The notes beneath the pieces are model-generated. The model searched no databases, had not been told where the DNA came from, and saw only the letters and a program-made list of their open reading frames with translations. Made by a program: the position numbers and the translations under genes. Positions 6,471-14,820 of a DNA stretch of 19,748 bases are shown piece by piece (the stretch's first letter is position 1; each line of letters starts with the position of its first letter). Origin of the DNA: an uncultured Aquificales bacterium (GTDB taxonomy: Bacteria > Thermosulfidibacterota > Thermosulfidibacteria > Thermosulfidibacterales > Thermosulfidibacteraceae); NCBI GenBank assembly GCA_964411615.1, contig CAYPLO010000033.1:1-19748 (forward strand), written 5' to 3'.

Positions 6471-9400
6471 ATGAACAGGGCTGAGCCGAGGGTTGGGGTT
6501 TACATCTGCCACTGTGGTATAAACATCGCCTATAAAGTGGACGTTGAGGCCGTCAGGGATTACGCCGCCACCCTGCCCCATGTGGTTGTGGCCAGGGACT
6601 ACAAGTTCATGTGCTCCAACGTGGGGCAGGAGATGATTATAGAGGACATAAAAAAATACAACCTCAACAGGGTTGTGGTGGCCTCCTGCTCCCCCAGAAT
6701 GCACGAGAAGACCTTCAGGAAGGCCTGTGAGAAGGGGGGGATTAACCCATATCTCTTTCAGATGGCCAGCATAAGGGAACAGGTCTCCTGGGTTCACGAG
6801 GACGAGGAGGTGGCCACCGAGAAGGCCAAGGAACTGGTGAGAGCGGCGGTGTTCAGGGTGATTCATCACGAGCCCTTAGAGAGGAGGTTCGTCAGCATAA
6901 ATCCCAACGTTCTGGTGATAGGCGGTGGAATAGCGGGGATGCAGGCTGCCCTTGAGATAGCCGATGCGGGGAAGACCGTCTATCTTGTTGAGAGGGAGCC
7001 CAGCATAGGCGGGCACATGGCCAAGTTTGACAAGACCTTCCCCACCTTGGACTGTGCCGCATGTATCATGACCCCCAAGATGGTTTCTGTGGGACAGCAC
7101 GAGAACATAAAGCTATTCACCTGTGCCGAGGTTGAGTCCGTTGAGGGGTTCATAGGCAACTTCAAGGTGAGGATAAGAAAGAGGGCCCGCTATGTTGATG
7201 AGGACAAGTGTACGGGCTGCGGTGAGTGCGCAAAGGTCTGTCCCGTCTCCGTTCCCAGCGAGTTTGAATACGGAATGACGGACAGGAAGGCCATCTACAG
7301 GCCCTTCCCACAGGCGGTTCCCAACGTCTTTACCATCTCCAAGGATGGACACTCCCCCTGCAGAAACGCCTGCCCTGCCGGACTCAACGCCCATGGATAC
7401 GTGAAGCTCATAGGGGAGGGCAAGTTTGAGGAGGCCTTCAGGCTCATAATGGATTACGTGGTGCTGCCCGGCACCCTGGGCAGGGCCTGTCCTGCCTTCT
7501 GCGAGGGGGAGTGCACCAGGGGAGAGCTGGAAGGGCCGTTGCAGATAAGGATGCTAAAGAGGTTCGCCGCCGACTGGTACTACGCAAACAGGGGGACAGA
7601 GCCTCCCTTTGAACCTGAGGCTCAGAGGGAGGAGAGGGTGGCCGTTGTGGGCTCAGGGCCTGCAGGGCTCGCCTGTGCCTTCTACCTGGCCAGGAGGGGC
7701 TACAGGGTGACGGTCTTTGAGAAGGAGGCAGAACCTGGTGGTATGGTCAGGTACGCCATCCCCGAGTACAGGGTTCCCAAAAAGGAGCTGGCCAAGGAGA
7801 TAGAGCTCATAGAGAAGATGGGGGTTGAGATAAGGTGCGGCGTGGCCGTTGGCAGGGACGTTGGGATTGACGAGCTCTTTGAGCAGGGCTACAGGGCCGT
7901 CTTTTTGGGCATAGGAGCCTGGAAGGACAGGAGGCTCAACGTTCCCGGTGAGGAGCTGGAGGGGATATACACCTCCATAGACTTCCTCAAGAGGGTCAAC
8001 TCCGGTGAGAGGCCCCAGCTGGGCAAGAGGGTGGCTGTCATCGGTGGCGGAAACTCCGCCATAGACGCCGCCAGGGTGGCGAGGAGGCTGGGGGCCGATG
8101 TGACCATCTACTACAGGAGGACCCGCAACGAGATGCCCGCCTTCCCCCACGAGGTTGATGCGGCCCTTGAGGAGGGCATTGAGATAAGGTTCCTCACAAC
8201 TCCAGTGGCCTTCCACGGCAACGGCAGGGTTCAGAGGATGGAGCTGATAAAGATGGAGCTTGGCGAGCCCGATGAGTCGGGAAGGAGAAGGCCCATACCT
8301 GTTGAGGGCTCCAACTACCAGGTGGATGTGGACTCTGTGATACTGGCCATAGGGCAGGTGCCCGATTCGGAGGTCTTCGCCAGCTTTGGCATAGAGCTGA
8401 ACCGCAACGGCACCGTGAGGATAGACCCGGACACCCTCCAGACCAGCAGAGAGGGTGTTTTTGCTGGAGGAGATGCGGTTACGGGCCCATCCACCATAGT
8501 GGAGGCTATAGGCTGGGGGAGGAGGGCTGCCTACTACATCCACAACTACCTTGAGGGAAGGAACCTGAGGGAGGTTGAACCCTTTGAGGTGCATCCCCTT
8601 CCCACCCCTGACAAGTCCAGAGTGCTCTCGAGGAGGGCCTGGGAGAGGATTGAGAGGACCCCTGTCAGGGAGCTCTCCCCTGATGAGAGGGTCAAGGACT
8701 TCAGGGAGGTTGAGGAGCCCCTCACAGAGGAGGAGGCCCTCAGGGAGGCCTCAAGGTGCATGGACTGTGGCATCTGCTGCGAGTGCAGGCAGTGCGAGGC
8801 CGCCTGCGAGGCCAACGCCATAGACCATACCCAGAAGGACCAGGTGATAGAGGTGGAGGTGGGTTCCATCATAGTGGCCACCGGATTCAGGACCTTTGAC
8901 CCCACCCCCCTGTACAGGTACGGCTACAGGAGGTTCCCGGAGGTCTACACCTCAATAGAGTTTGAGAGGCTCAACAACGCGGCCGGTCCCACAGAGGGCA
9001 AGATACTCACCAAGGACGGCAGGGTCCCTGAGGCTGTGGCCATAATCCACTGCGTTGGTTCCAGGGACGAGAACTTCCACAGGTACTGCTCAAGGGTCTG
9101 CTGTATGTACTCCATGAAGTACGCCCATCTGATAAGGGAGAAGACGGGGGCGGAGGTCTACAACTTCTACATAGACATAAGGGCTCCGGGCAAGATGTAC
9201 GAGGAGTTCTACAACAGGGTCCAGGAGGAGGGGGTCCACTTCATAAGGGGCAAGGTGGCGGAGGTCACCGATGTTCCCGAGACTCCGGAGGAGAAGGGCA
9301 AGCTCATAGTGGTTGTGGAGGACACCCTCTCCGGTGTGGTGAGGCGCATTCCCGTAGATATGGTGGTGCTGAGCGTGGCCCTTGAGCCTGCCGAAGGGGC

Positions 9401-9848
9401 GGAGGAGCTGGCCAGGATACTGGGCATATCCCAGGACCAGGACGGGTGGTTCATAGAGCTACACCCCAAGCTTGCACCGGTTGCCACCGCCTCTGACGGC
9501 ATCTTCCTGGCGGGGTGCTGTCAGGGTCCCAAGGATATACCCGATACCGTTGCCCAGGCTTCAGGCGCCGCTGCCGAGGCCCTCTCCCTCATAATGAGGG
9601 GACAGGTGGAGATAGAGGCCGCCACTTCATACATAGACCCGGAGGTGTGCGTGGGCTGTCAGCAGTGCAGGCAGGTCTGTGCCTACTCGGCCATAGATTA
9701 CGACGCCGGAAGGGGCGTGTGCGTGGTCAACGAGGCCCTCTGCAAGGGCTGTGGTCTCTGTGCCGCCACATGTCCCAACAAGGCTGTGACCCTCAAGCAC
9801 TTTAAGAACGAGCAGATATTCCACGAGCTGGAGGGCATACTGCTATGA
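6471..9848 (+). CDS. hdrA: HdrA with an inserted GltD/NfnB-like FAD/NAD(P)H module (HdrL-type), 1125 aa
   Basis: RBS GAGGTG at 6461, ATG at 6471. HdrA motifs: RVGVYICHCG, GGGIAG, KTFPTLDCAACIMTPKM, IEFERL, HCVGSRD...YCSRVCCMYSMKYA, GCCQGPKDIPDTV, and a C-terminal 2x4Fe-4S. Insert at ~7350-8770: PCRNACP, GRACPAFCEGEC, VGSGPAG, YAIPEYR, IGGGNSAID, YRR, FAGGD, EASRCMDC. Confidence 0.93.
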   Translation: MNRAEPRVGVYICHCGINIAYKVDVEAVRDYAATLPHVVVARDYKFMCSNVGQEMIIEDIKKYNLNRVVVASCSPRMHEKTFRKACEKGGINPYLFQMASIREQVSWVHEDEEVATEKAKELVRAAVFRVIHHEPLERRFVSINPNVLVIGGGIAGMQAALEIADAGKTVYLVEREPSIGGHMAKFDKTFPTLDCAACIMTPKMVSVGQHENIKLFTCAEVESVEGFIGNFKVRIRKRARYVDEDKCTGCGECAKVCPVSVPSEFEYGMTDRKAIYRPFPQAVPNVFTISKDGHSPCRNACPAGLNAHGYVKLIGEGKFEEAFRLIMDYVVLPGTLGRACPAFCEGECTRGELEGPLQIRMLKRFAADWYYANRGTEPPFEPEAQREERVAVVGSGPAGLACAFYLARRGYRVTVFEKEAEPGGMVRYAIPEYRVPKKELAKEIELIEKMGVEIRCGVAVGRDVGIDELFEQGYRAVFLGIGAWKDRRLNVPGEELEGIYTSIDFLKRVNSGERPQLGKRVAVIGGGNSAIDAARVARRLGADVTIYYRRTRNEMPAFPHEVDAALEEGIEIRFLTTPVAFHGNGRVQRMELIKMELGEPDESGRRRPIPVEGSNYQVDVDSVILAIGQVPDSEVFASFGIELNRNGTVRIDPDTLQTSREGVFAGGDAVTGPSTIVEAIGWGRRAAYYIHNYLEGRNLREVEPFEVHPLPTPDKSRVLSRRAWERIERTPVRELSPDERVKDFREVEEPLTEEEALREASRCMDCGICCECRQCEAACEANAIDHTQKDQVIEVEVGSIIVATGFRTFDPTPLYRYGYRRFPEVYTSIEFERLNNAAGPTEGKILTKDGRVPEAVAIIHCVGSRDENFHRYCSRVCCMYSMKYAHLIREKTGAEVYNFYIDIRAPGKMYEEFYNRVQEEGVHFIRGKVAEVTDVPETPEEKGKLIVVVEDTLSGVVRRIPVDMVVLSVALEPAEGAEELARILGISQDQDGWFIELHPKLAPVATASDGIFLAGCCQGPKDIPDTVAQASGAAAEALSLIMRGQVEIEAATSYIDPEVCVGCQQCRQVCAYSAIDYDAGRGVCVVNEALCKGCGLCAATCPNKAVTLKHFKNEQIFHELEGILL

Positions 9849-10273
9849 AGGACAACGGCTTTGAACCCAAGATAGTGGGATTCCTGTGTTACTGGTGCAG
9901 CTATACGGCGGCGGATTTGGCAGGCATCAGCAGGATGAAGTATCCCCCCAACATCCGCATAGTGAGGGTGATGTGCTCAAGCAGGGTTGACCCGGTCTTC
10001 ATCATAAAGGCTCTCCTTGACGGGGCCGATGGGGTTCTCGTCGCCGGTTGCAAACCCGGTGATTGCCACTATCAAAAGGGCAACTACTACGCCAGAAGGA
10101 AGGTGGCCCTCACCAAGAAGATTCTGGAGACTCTCGGGCTTGAGCCGGAAAGGGTCATGCTCTCCTGGATACCCGCATCGGAGGCTCCCAAGTTTGCGGA
10201 GGTTGTGAAGGAGTTTACCGAAAGGATAAGGAAGCTGGGTCCCAACCCCATGAAGGAGAGGACCTTTGTCTGA
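9845..10273 (+). CDS. mvhD: MvhD/FlpD-family [2Fe-2S] adaptor subunit, copy 1
   Basis: FEPKIVGFLCYWCSYTAADLAG...RVMCSSRVDP...GADGVLVAGCKPGDCHY. ATGA overlap with the hdrA stop. Confidence 0.93.
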   Translation: MKDNGFEPKIVGFLCYWCSYTAADLAGISRMKYPPNIRIVRVMCSSRVDPVFIIKALLDGADGVLVAGCKPGDCHYQKGNYYARRKVALTKKILETLGLEPERVMLSWIPASEAPKFAEVVKEFTERIRKLGPNPMKERTFV

Positions 10274-10289
10274 GTCTGGAGGTGACAGG

Positions 10290-13232
10290 ATGGCGGAGAG
10301 CACCGTTCTCATATACGGCACCAATCTGGCAGGCTACAGGGCCGCTTATACCCTGGCCAAGATGGGGTACAAGAGCATTCTACTCAACAGGGGCTCCTAC
10401 GTGGACCAGTTCAGGAATCAGGCCCTCGCCCAGCTGCCACTGGATTTCTGCTGGGCCTGCGGCCACATGCCCCAGAGGCTCTTCATAGGGCTGGGGGCAC
10501 TGCAGGTATTCTACAACGCCGAGATACTTGAGGTTTCCGGGGAGCCTGGGAACTTCACCGTTAAGGTGAGGAAGAGGGACCAGTACGTCAACAATCTGGC
10601 CTGTACCGAGTGCGAGGCCTGTGTCAGGGCCTGTCCGGAGGACGCCATAAAGGTCCTCCCCCACATAGCCTGGGAGAACATCTTCTTGGTGGATGAAGAA
10701 AAGTGCACCAAATGCGGCAAGTGTGAGGAGGTGTGTCCTACCAAGTGCATAAAGGTTGACAGACCCGTTGAGGAGCTTGAGCTCAAGGTGGGGGCCATAA
10801 TTCTGGCACCTGAGTACGAGGAGCCCACGGAGGAGGACCTTAAGAAGTTCTGCTTCTCCCATCCCAATGTGGTTAAGAGTTCAGAGCTGGCCAGGAACGC
10901 CTTGCTCACCAACTTCGTTCAGAACTGCCTGCAGAGGCCATCAGATGGCAGGGTGGCTTCAAAGGTGGCGGTTATAGCGACCCCCCAGTACAACCCTGCG
11001 GAGTTTGAGAGCTACAACACCACAGTTGCCGCCGTATACAGGGCCTACAAGGTGAAGGAGGTCTATCCTGAGGCGGAGGTTATGCTCTTCATGAGGGATT
11101 TCAAGGGCTACGGTAAGGGCCACTACAGGTGGCTTGAGAAGGCCCTTGAGGTGGGGGTGAAGCTGGTTAGGGCCGATGACGTTGAGGTGTCTCCCCAGGG
11201 AGATGACCTGCTGGTGAGCTACAGGGTTAGGGACAGGGAGGAGAGTTACCAGGCGGAGCTTGTGGTCCTTGTGACCAGCCAGAAGGTGCCCTCCGTTATG
11301 GAGAGGCTCTCCGGGCTTCTTGGCGTTGAGGCCGATGAGCATGGCTTCTGCAAGGTCAAGCCCTTCACCGCAGGAGAGACCACCGTTGAGGGTGTTTACG
11401 CCGTTGGTGAGTTCACGGGACCCAAGGGCAATCCGGAGATAGTGTGGGAGGGGTATGGAGCTGCCACCGAGGTGAGGAGGTTCCTCGGTGAACCCAACTT
11501 CTCCCCCTCCCCTCCTCCCCCCCTCCGCAACGTTCAGGGGGAGCCCGTTAAGGTGGGTGTATTCATCTGCAGCTGCCACGGTGAGTTCAGCAGGTTCCTG
11601 GACCTTGAGCAGCTTGCCGAGAAGGTCAGGGGGATACCCGGTGTGGCCCATGTGGAGGTTATAAAGGGCTGCTGCACACCCCCCACCATGCAGGATACTG
11701 CCCAGAGGATAAAGGCCTCTGGCGTGAACAGGGTGGTTCTTGCGGTCTGCACACCGCTGCAGAAGCTCCTCAAGTACAGAAGGACGGTGATGATGGCGGG
11801 CCTCAACCCCCTCCTGGCGGAGTTCCTGAGGTTGAGGGAGGACGTGATAAGGGTCCATGAGGACAGGGATAAGATGCTGGAGAAGGCCTACGCCCTCATA
11901 TACGGCGGCGTTGAGAAGGTTAAGAGGGCCACAGCGGCACCTCCTCCTGTGGGCAAGATAAAGAGCGGCGTTCTGGTCCTTGGAGGGGGAGCTGCCGGCA
12001 TGGAGACCGCAAGGCTTCTGGCGGAAAACGGCGTCACCGTGTACCTCGTGGAGAAGTCGGAGGAGCTGGGCGGTCTTGCCCGTTCCATCACTAAGGACCT
12101 GGAGGGTGACGATATACCTGGGCATCTCAGCTGGCTCATAGAGCAGGTGGAGTCAAACCCCAACATACACGTGTACAGGGGATTTGAGCTGGTTGAGGCT
12201 GCGGGAACCGCCGGTCGCTACTTCTTCATGATAGAGAATAAGAGAACCGGCGAGAAGGTCACCATTGAGGCTGGGGCCGTGGTTCTGGCCACGGGAGCCG
12301 TTGAGTACAAGCCGCAGGGGGCCTACGGATACGGCGAGAACCCCAAGGTGATGACCCAGAGGGAGCTGGAGGCGGCCATCTCCCAGGGCAAGGTGGATGC
12401 CAAGAGAGTGGTTATGATACAGTGTGTGGGCTCCCGCAACAGCAGCCGCCCCTACTGCTCAAGGGTCTGCTGTTCCCATGCCCTTAAGAACGCCCTTGAG
12501 CTGGCGGACAGGGGAGTGGAGGTGACCATACTCTACAGGGACCTTAACACCTACGGATTTAAGGAGGATTACCGGAAACTCGCCTTAGAGAAGGGTATAA
12601 GGTTCATACGCTTTGACGGTTCAAGGTATCCGGAGCTTCTTAAAGATGAGCCTCTCACCCTGAAGGTGGTGGACACCGAGGGGAGTGAGCACCAGCTTGA
12701 GGCCGACCTGCTGGTGCTTTCTGTTGGTATAGCTCCCAATCCCGACAACCAGAGACTCTCCGAGCTTCTGGGCTTCAGGCTTGATGCCGACGGCTTCTTT
12801 GACTCCGATGCTAACGCCTGCCCCTTTGAGGAGGCCATAAAGAGGCTCATGAAGCCCTTTGAGCTGTCGACCAAGGGCATCTTCTCCGTGGGCCTCGCCC
12901 ACTCACCCAGAAGCTACACGGAGGCCCTGCTAACGGCAAAGGATGCGGCGGGCAAGATTCTCACCTTCATAAAGAAGCCCCAGCTTCCGCCTCCCAACGC
13001 CATGTTCGTCTCTGCCGTCAGGGAGTCCAAGTGCACCGGTTGCGGTATGTGCGTAACCGTATGCCCCTACTACGCCAGGAGCATAGATGAGGAGAGGAAG
13101 ATAGCCGTTGTCACCCCCTACCTCTGCGACTCCTGCGGTGCATGCCTTGTGGCCTGTCCATCTGAGGCTGCATATCTCAGGGATGCCAGGGGCGAACAGA
13201 TGATACCTTACATAGACGCTCTGCTGGTGTGA
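10290..13232 (+). CDS. hdrA: Second HdrA-like protein with two tandem HdrA modules, the N-terminal one degenerate (980 aa)
   Basis: RBS GGAGGTGA at 10278, ATG at 10290. Module 1: GTNLAG in place of GGGIAG, DFCWAC, and two ferredoxin motifs. Module 2: KVGVFICSC, GGGAAG, LATG, QCVGSR...YCSRVCC...LKNA, and C-terminal CTGCGMCVTVCP / CDSCGACLVACP. Confidence 0.85.
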   Translation: MAESTVLIYGTNLAGYRAAYTLAKMGYKSILLNRGSYVDQFRNQALAQLPLDFCWACGHMPQRLFIGLGALQVFYNAEILEVSGEPGNFTVKVRKRDQYVNNLACTECEACVRACPEDAIKVLPHIAWENIFLVDEEKCTKCGKCEEVCPTKCIKVDRPVEELELKVGAIILAPEYEEPTEEDLKKFCFSHPNVVKSSELARNALLTNFVQNCLQRPSDGRVASKVAVIATPQYNPAEFESYNTTVAAVYRAYKVKEVYPEAEVMLFMRDFKGYGKGHYRWLEKALEVGVKLVRADDVEVSPQGDDLLVSYRVRDREESYQAELVVLVTSQKVPSVMERLSGLLGVEADEHGFCKVKPFTAGETTVEGVYAVGEFTGPKGNPEIVWEGYGAATEVRRFLGEPNFSPSPPPPLRNVQGEPVKVGVFICSCHGEFSRFLDLEQLAEKVRGIPGVAHVEVIKGCCTPPTMQDTAQRIKASGVNRVVLAVCTPLQKLLKYRRTVMMAGLNPLLAEFLRLREDVIRVHEDRDKMLEKAYALIYGGVEKVKRATAAPPPVGKIKSGVLVLGGGAAGMETARLLAENGVTVYLVEKSEELGGLARSITKDLEGDDIPGHLSWLIEQVESNPNIHVYRGFELVEAAGTAGRYFFMIENKRTGEKVTIEAGAVVLATGAVEYKPQGAYGYGENPKVMTQRELEAAISQGKVDAKRVVMIQCVGSRNSSRPYCSRVCCSHALKNALELADRGVEVTILYRDLNTYGFKEDYRKLALEKGIRFIRFDGSRYPELLKDEPLTLKVVDTEGSEHQLEADLLVLSVGIAPNPDNQRLSELLGFRLDADGFFDSDANACPFEEAIKRLMKPFELSTKGIFSVGLAHSPRSYTEALLTAKDAAGKILTFIKKPQLPPPNAMFVSAVRESKCTGCGMCVTVCPYYARSIDEERKIAVVTPYLCDSCGACLVACPSEAAYLRDARGEQMIPYIDALLV

Positions 13233-13243
13233 GGAGGAGACCC

Positions 13244-13672
13244 ATGGGTGATGGAAACGGGTTTGAACCCAAAATCTTCTATGCCCTGTGCGCCTGGTGC
13301 GGCACCGGCGGCTCCGAAACGGCCGGGGCCTACTGGATAAAGTATCCGGAGAACGTGAGGCCCTTCAGGGTCATGTGCACGGGAGCCATAGATTCCGCCT
13401 ATATCCTGAGGGCCCTGATAGAGGGGGCCGATGGGGTCGTTATAAGCGGCTGCCATCCGGGAGACTGCCACTACAACGTGGGGAACTTCAGGGCGAGAAG
13501 GCGCATAGCGGTGATGAAAGAGATTCTCAACACCTTCGGCATAGACGGAGAGAGGGTCTGGCTGAGGTGGGTTGCCCATGGGGAGGGCAAGAAGCTGGCC
13601 GATACCGCCGTGGAGTTCACCGAGCACATAAAGAGAAAGGGGCCAAGCCCTCTTAAGCGCTGGGATACGTGA
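13244..13672 (+). CDS. mvhD: MvhD/FlpD-family [2Fe-2S] adaptor subunit, copy 2 (divergent)
   Basis: RBS GAGGAGG at 13231, ATG at 13244. FEPKIFYALCAWC...RVMCTGAID...GADGVVISGCHPGDCHYNVGN. Confidence 0.88.
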   Translation: MGDGNGFEPKIFYALCAWCGTGGSETAGAYWIKYPENVRPFRVMCTGAIDSAYILRALIEGADGVVISGCHPGDCHYNVGNFRARRRIAVMKEILNTFGIDGERVWLRWVAHGEGKKLADTAVEFTEHIKRKGPSPLKRWDT

Positions 13673-13686
13673 TGCGGAGGTAGATG

Positions 13687-14793
13687 ATGGCTGCGGGTAG
13701 AATCTACGCTTCCGGAGTGAACCAGGCTATAAAGGAGTTTCTAAAGCTGCTTCTTGAAGATGACAGGGTAGGGGGGGTCCTTGTCCCTGTTAAGATGGAG
13801 AGGGAGGGCTCCTACGCCCACGTGCTGACAAAGGAGCCCGAGGTTATAGACGGGTCAACCCCGGTGCCTCCCGTAATGCCCGTTCAGGGGGCGAGGGTGG
13901 TATCCAAGCTGACGAGGAGGGGCTCCCTGAGCAGGGCGGTGGTGGCGGTGCTGAGGCCCTGTGAACTGAGAGCGGCGAGGGAGCTCGCCAAGATAAACCA
14001 GGTGGACCTTGAGGGCCTGCTGACCCTCTCCTACCAGTGTCCCGGGGTGTATCCTCTGAAGACCTATCTTATGGACAGAGAGCGGATAGACGGAGCCTAC
14101 GATAAGGAGCTTGAGTCCTTCTCCGTATCCAATCCCAGACCCCTCTGCTCCGTCTGCGAGCTGTTTACAGGGGAGCTTGCCGACTTTGAGGTTCAGCATC
14201 TGGGCCTTGATGGTGTCCGCATCGTTGCAAGAACCGAGAGGGCTAAGTCCCTGCTGGAGTCCTTGGGGGCTGAGGAGGTGGATGAGTCCCCCACAGAGGC
14301 CCTTGAGGAGCTCAGAAGGGAGAGGAAGGAGGCCAGGGAAAGGTTCCGCCAGGAGTTCGGCTCCCAGGTGGACACTCCGGAGAAGCTACTTGATGTCCTC
14401 TCCTCCTGCATGAACTGCCACAACTGCAGGAGCGTCTGTCCCATCTGCTTCTGCAGAGAGTGTTTCTTCGACTCCGATGCACTTAAGGTTCCACCTCACC
14501 TTTACCTTGAGAGGGCAAACAGGAAGGGTGGCCTGAGGTTCTTCCCCGACACCCTCCTCTTCCACCTGGGCAGGATGAACCACATGAGCCTCTCCTGCGT
14601 CTCCTGCGGCATGTGTGAGGATGCGTGTCCCAACATGGTCCCTGTAGGGAGGCTCTTCAGCCTGGTTTCAGAAAGGACAAGGAACATATTTGGTTACGTT
14701 CCCGGGGTTAACCTTGAGGAGCCCTCTCCCTTCATGGAGTACAGGGAGGAGGAGCTGGAGAGCTACGAGGTGCCCTACACTAAAAGCCTTTGA
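13687..14793 (+). CDS. FdhB/FrhB-family iron-sulfur protein, copy 2
   Basis: RBS GGAGGT at 13676; tandem ATGs at 13684/13687, with spacing favouring 13687. Motifs 'VAVLRPCELRA..EL.KINQ...YQCPG', 'RPLCSVCE', 'CMNCHNCRSVCPICFCREC' and 'FHLGRMNHMSLSCVSCGMCEDACP'. Clearly paralogous to 4001-5065. Confidence 0.85.
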   Translation: MAAGRIYASGVNQAIKEFLKLLLEDDRVGGVLVPVKMEREGSYAHVLTKEPEVIDGSTPVPPVMPVQGARVVSKLTRRGSLSRAVVAVLRPCELRAARELAKINQVDLEGLLTLSYQCPGVYPLKTYLMDRERIDGAYDKELESFSVSNPRPLCSVCELFTGELADFEVQHLGLDGVRIVARTERAKSLLESLGAEEVDESPTEALEELRRERKEARERFRQEFGSQVDTPEKLLDVLSSCMNCHNCRSVCPICFCRECFFDSDALKVPPHLYLERANRKGGLRFFPDTLLFHLGRMNHMSLSCVSCGMCEDACPNMVPVGRLFSLVSERTRNIFGYVPGVNLEEPSPFMEYREEELESYEVPYTKSL

Positions 14794-14794
14794 A

Positions 14795-14814
14795 GGAGGG
14801 GGAGAACCCCCTCC
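14795..14814. terminator. GC hairpin closing the Hdr operon, shared with the convergent HU gene
   Basis: GGAGGGGG-AGAA-CCCCCTCC forms an 8-bp perfect stem between the stop at 14793 (+) and the stop at 14821 (-). The U-tract is weak. Confidence 0.6.
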
Positions 14815-14820
14815 CCATTT

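Noticed and set aside
6456..6473. The hdrB stop (TGA) is in frame with hdrA, suggesting selenocysteine or readthrough giving an HdrB-HdrA fusion
   Set aside because: The TGA falls at the normal HdrB C-terminus, not at a Cys-equivalent position. No convincing SECIS hairpin follows, and hdrA has its own RBS (GAGGTG) and ATG. In-frame adjacency has a 1-in-3 chance.
10290..11490. Calling the N-terminal half of the second hdrA a pseudogene
   Set aside because: There is no frameshift or stop, the RBS is strong, and the ferredoxin and CxxC cysteines are kept. It is treated as a degenerate but maintained domain.
6471..13672. Possible selenoproteins, since HdrA CxxC and MvhD Cys positions are Sec in some organisms
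   Set aside because: All these positions are ordinary Cys codons and the ORFs are uninterrupted.
4001..14793. Labelling the cluster as standard Flx-Hdr, QmoABC or sulfur-oxidiser sHdr
   Set aside because: There is no FlxA (PyrK-like) gene and no membrane QmoC or apr genes. There is also no hdrC1B1A-hyp-C2B2 arrangement and no lipoate-binding protein.
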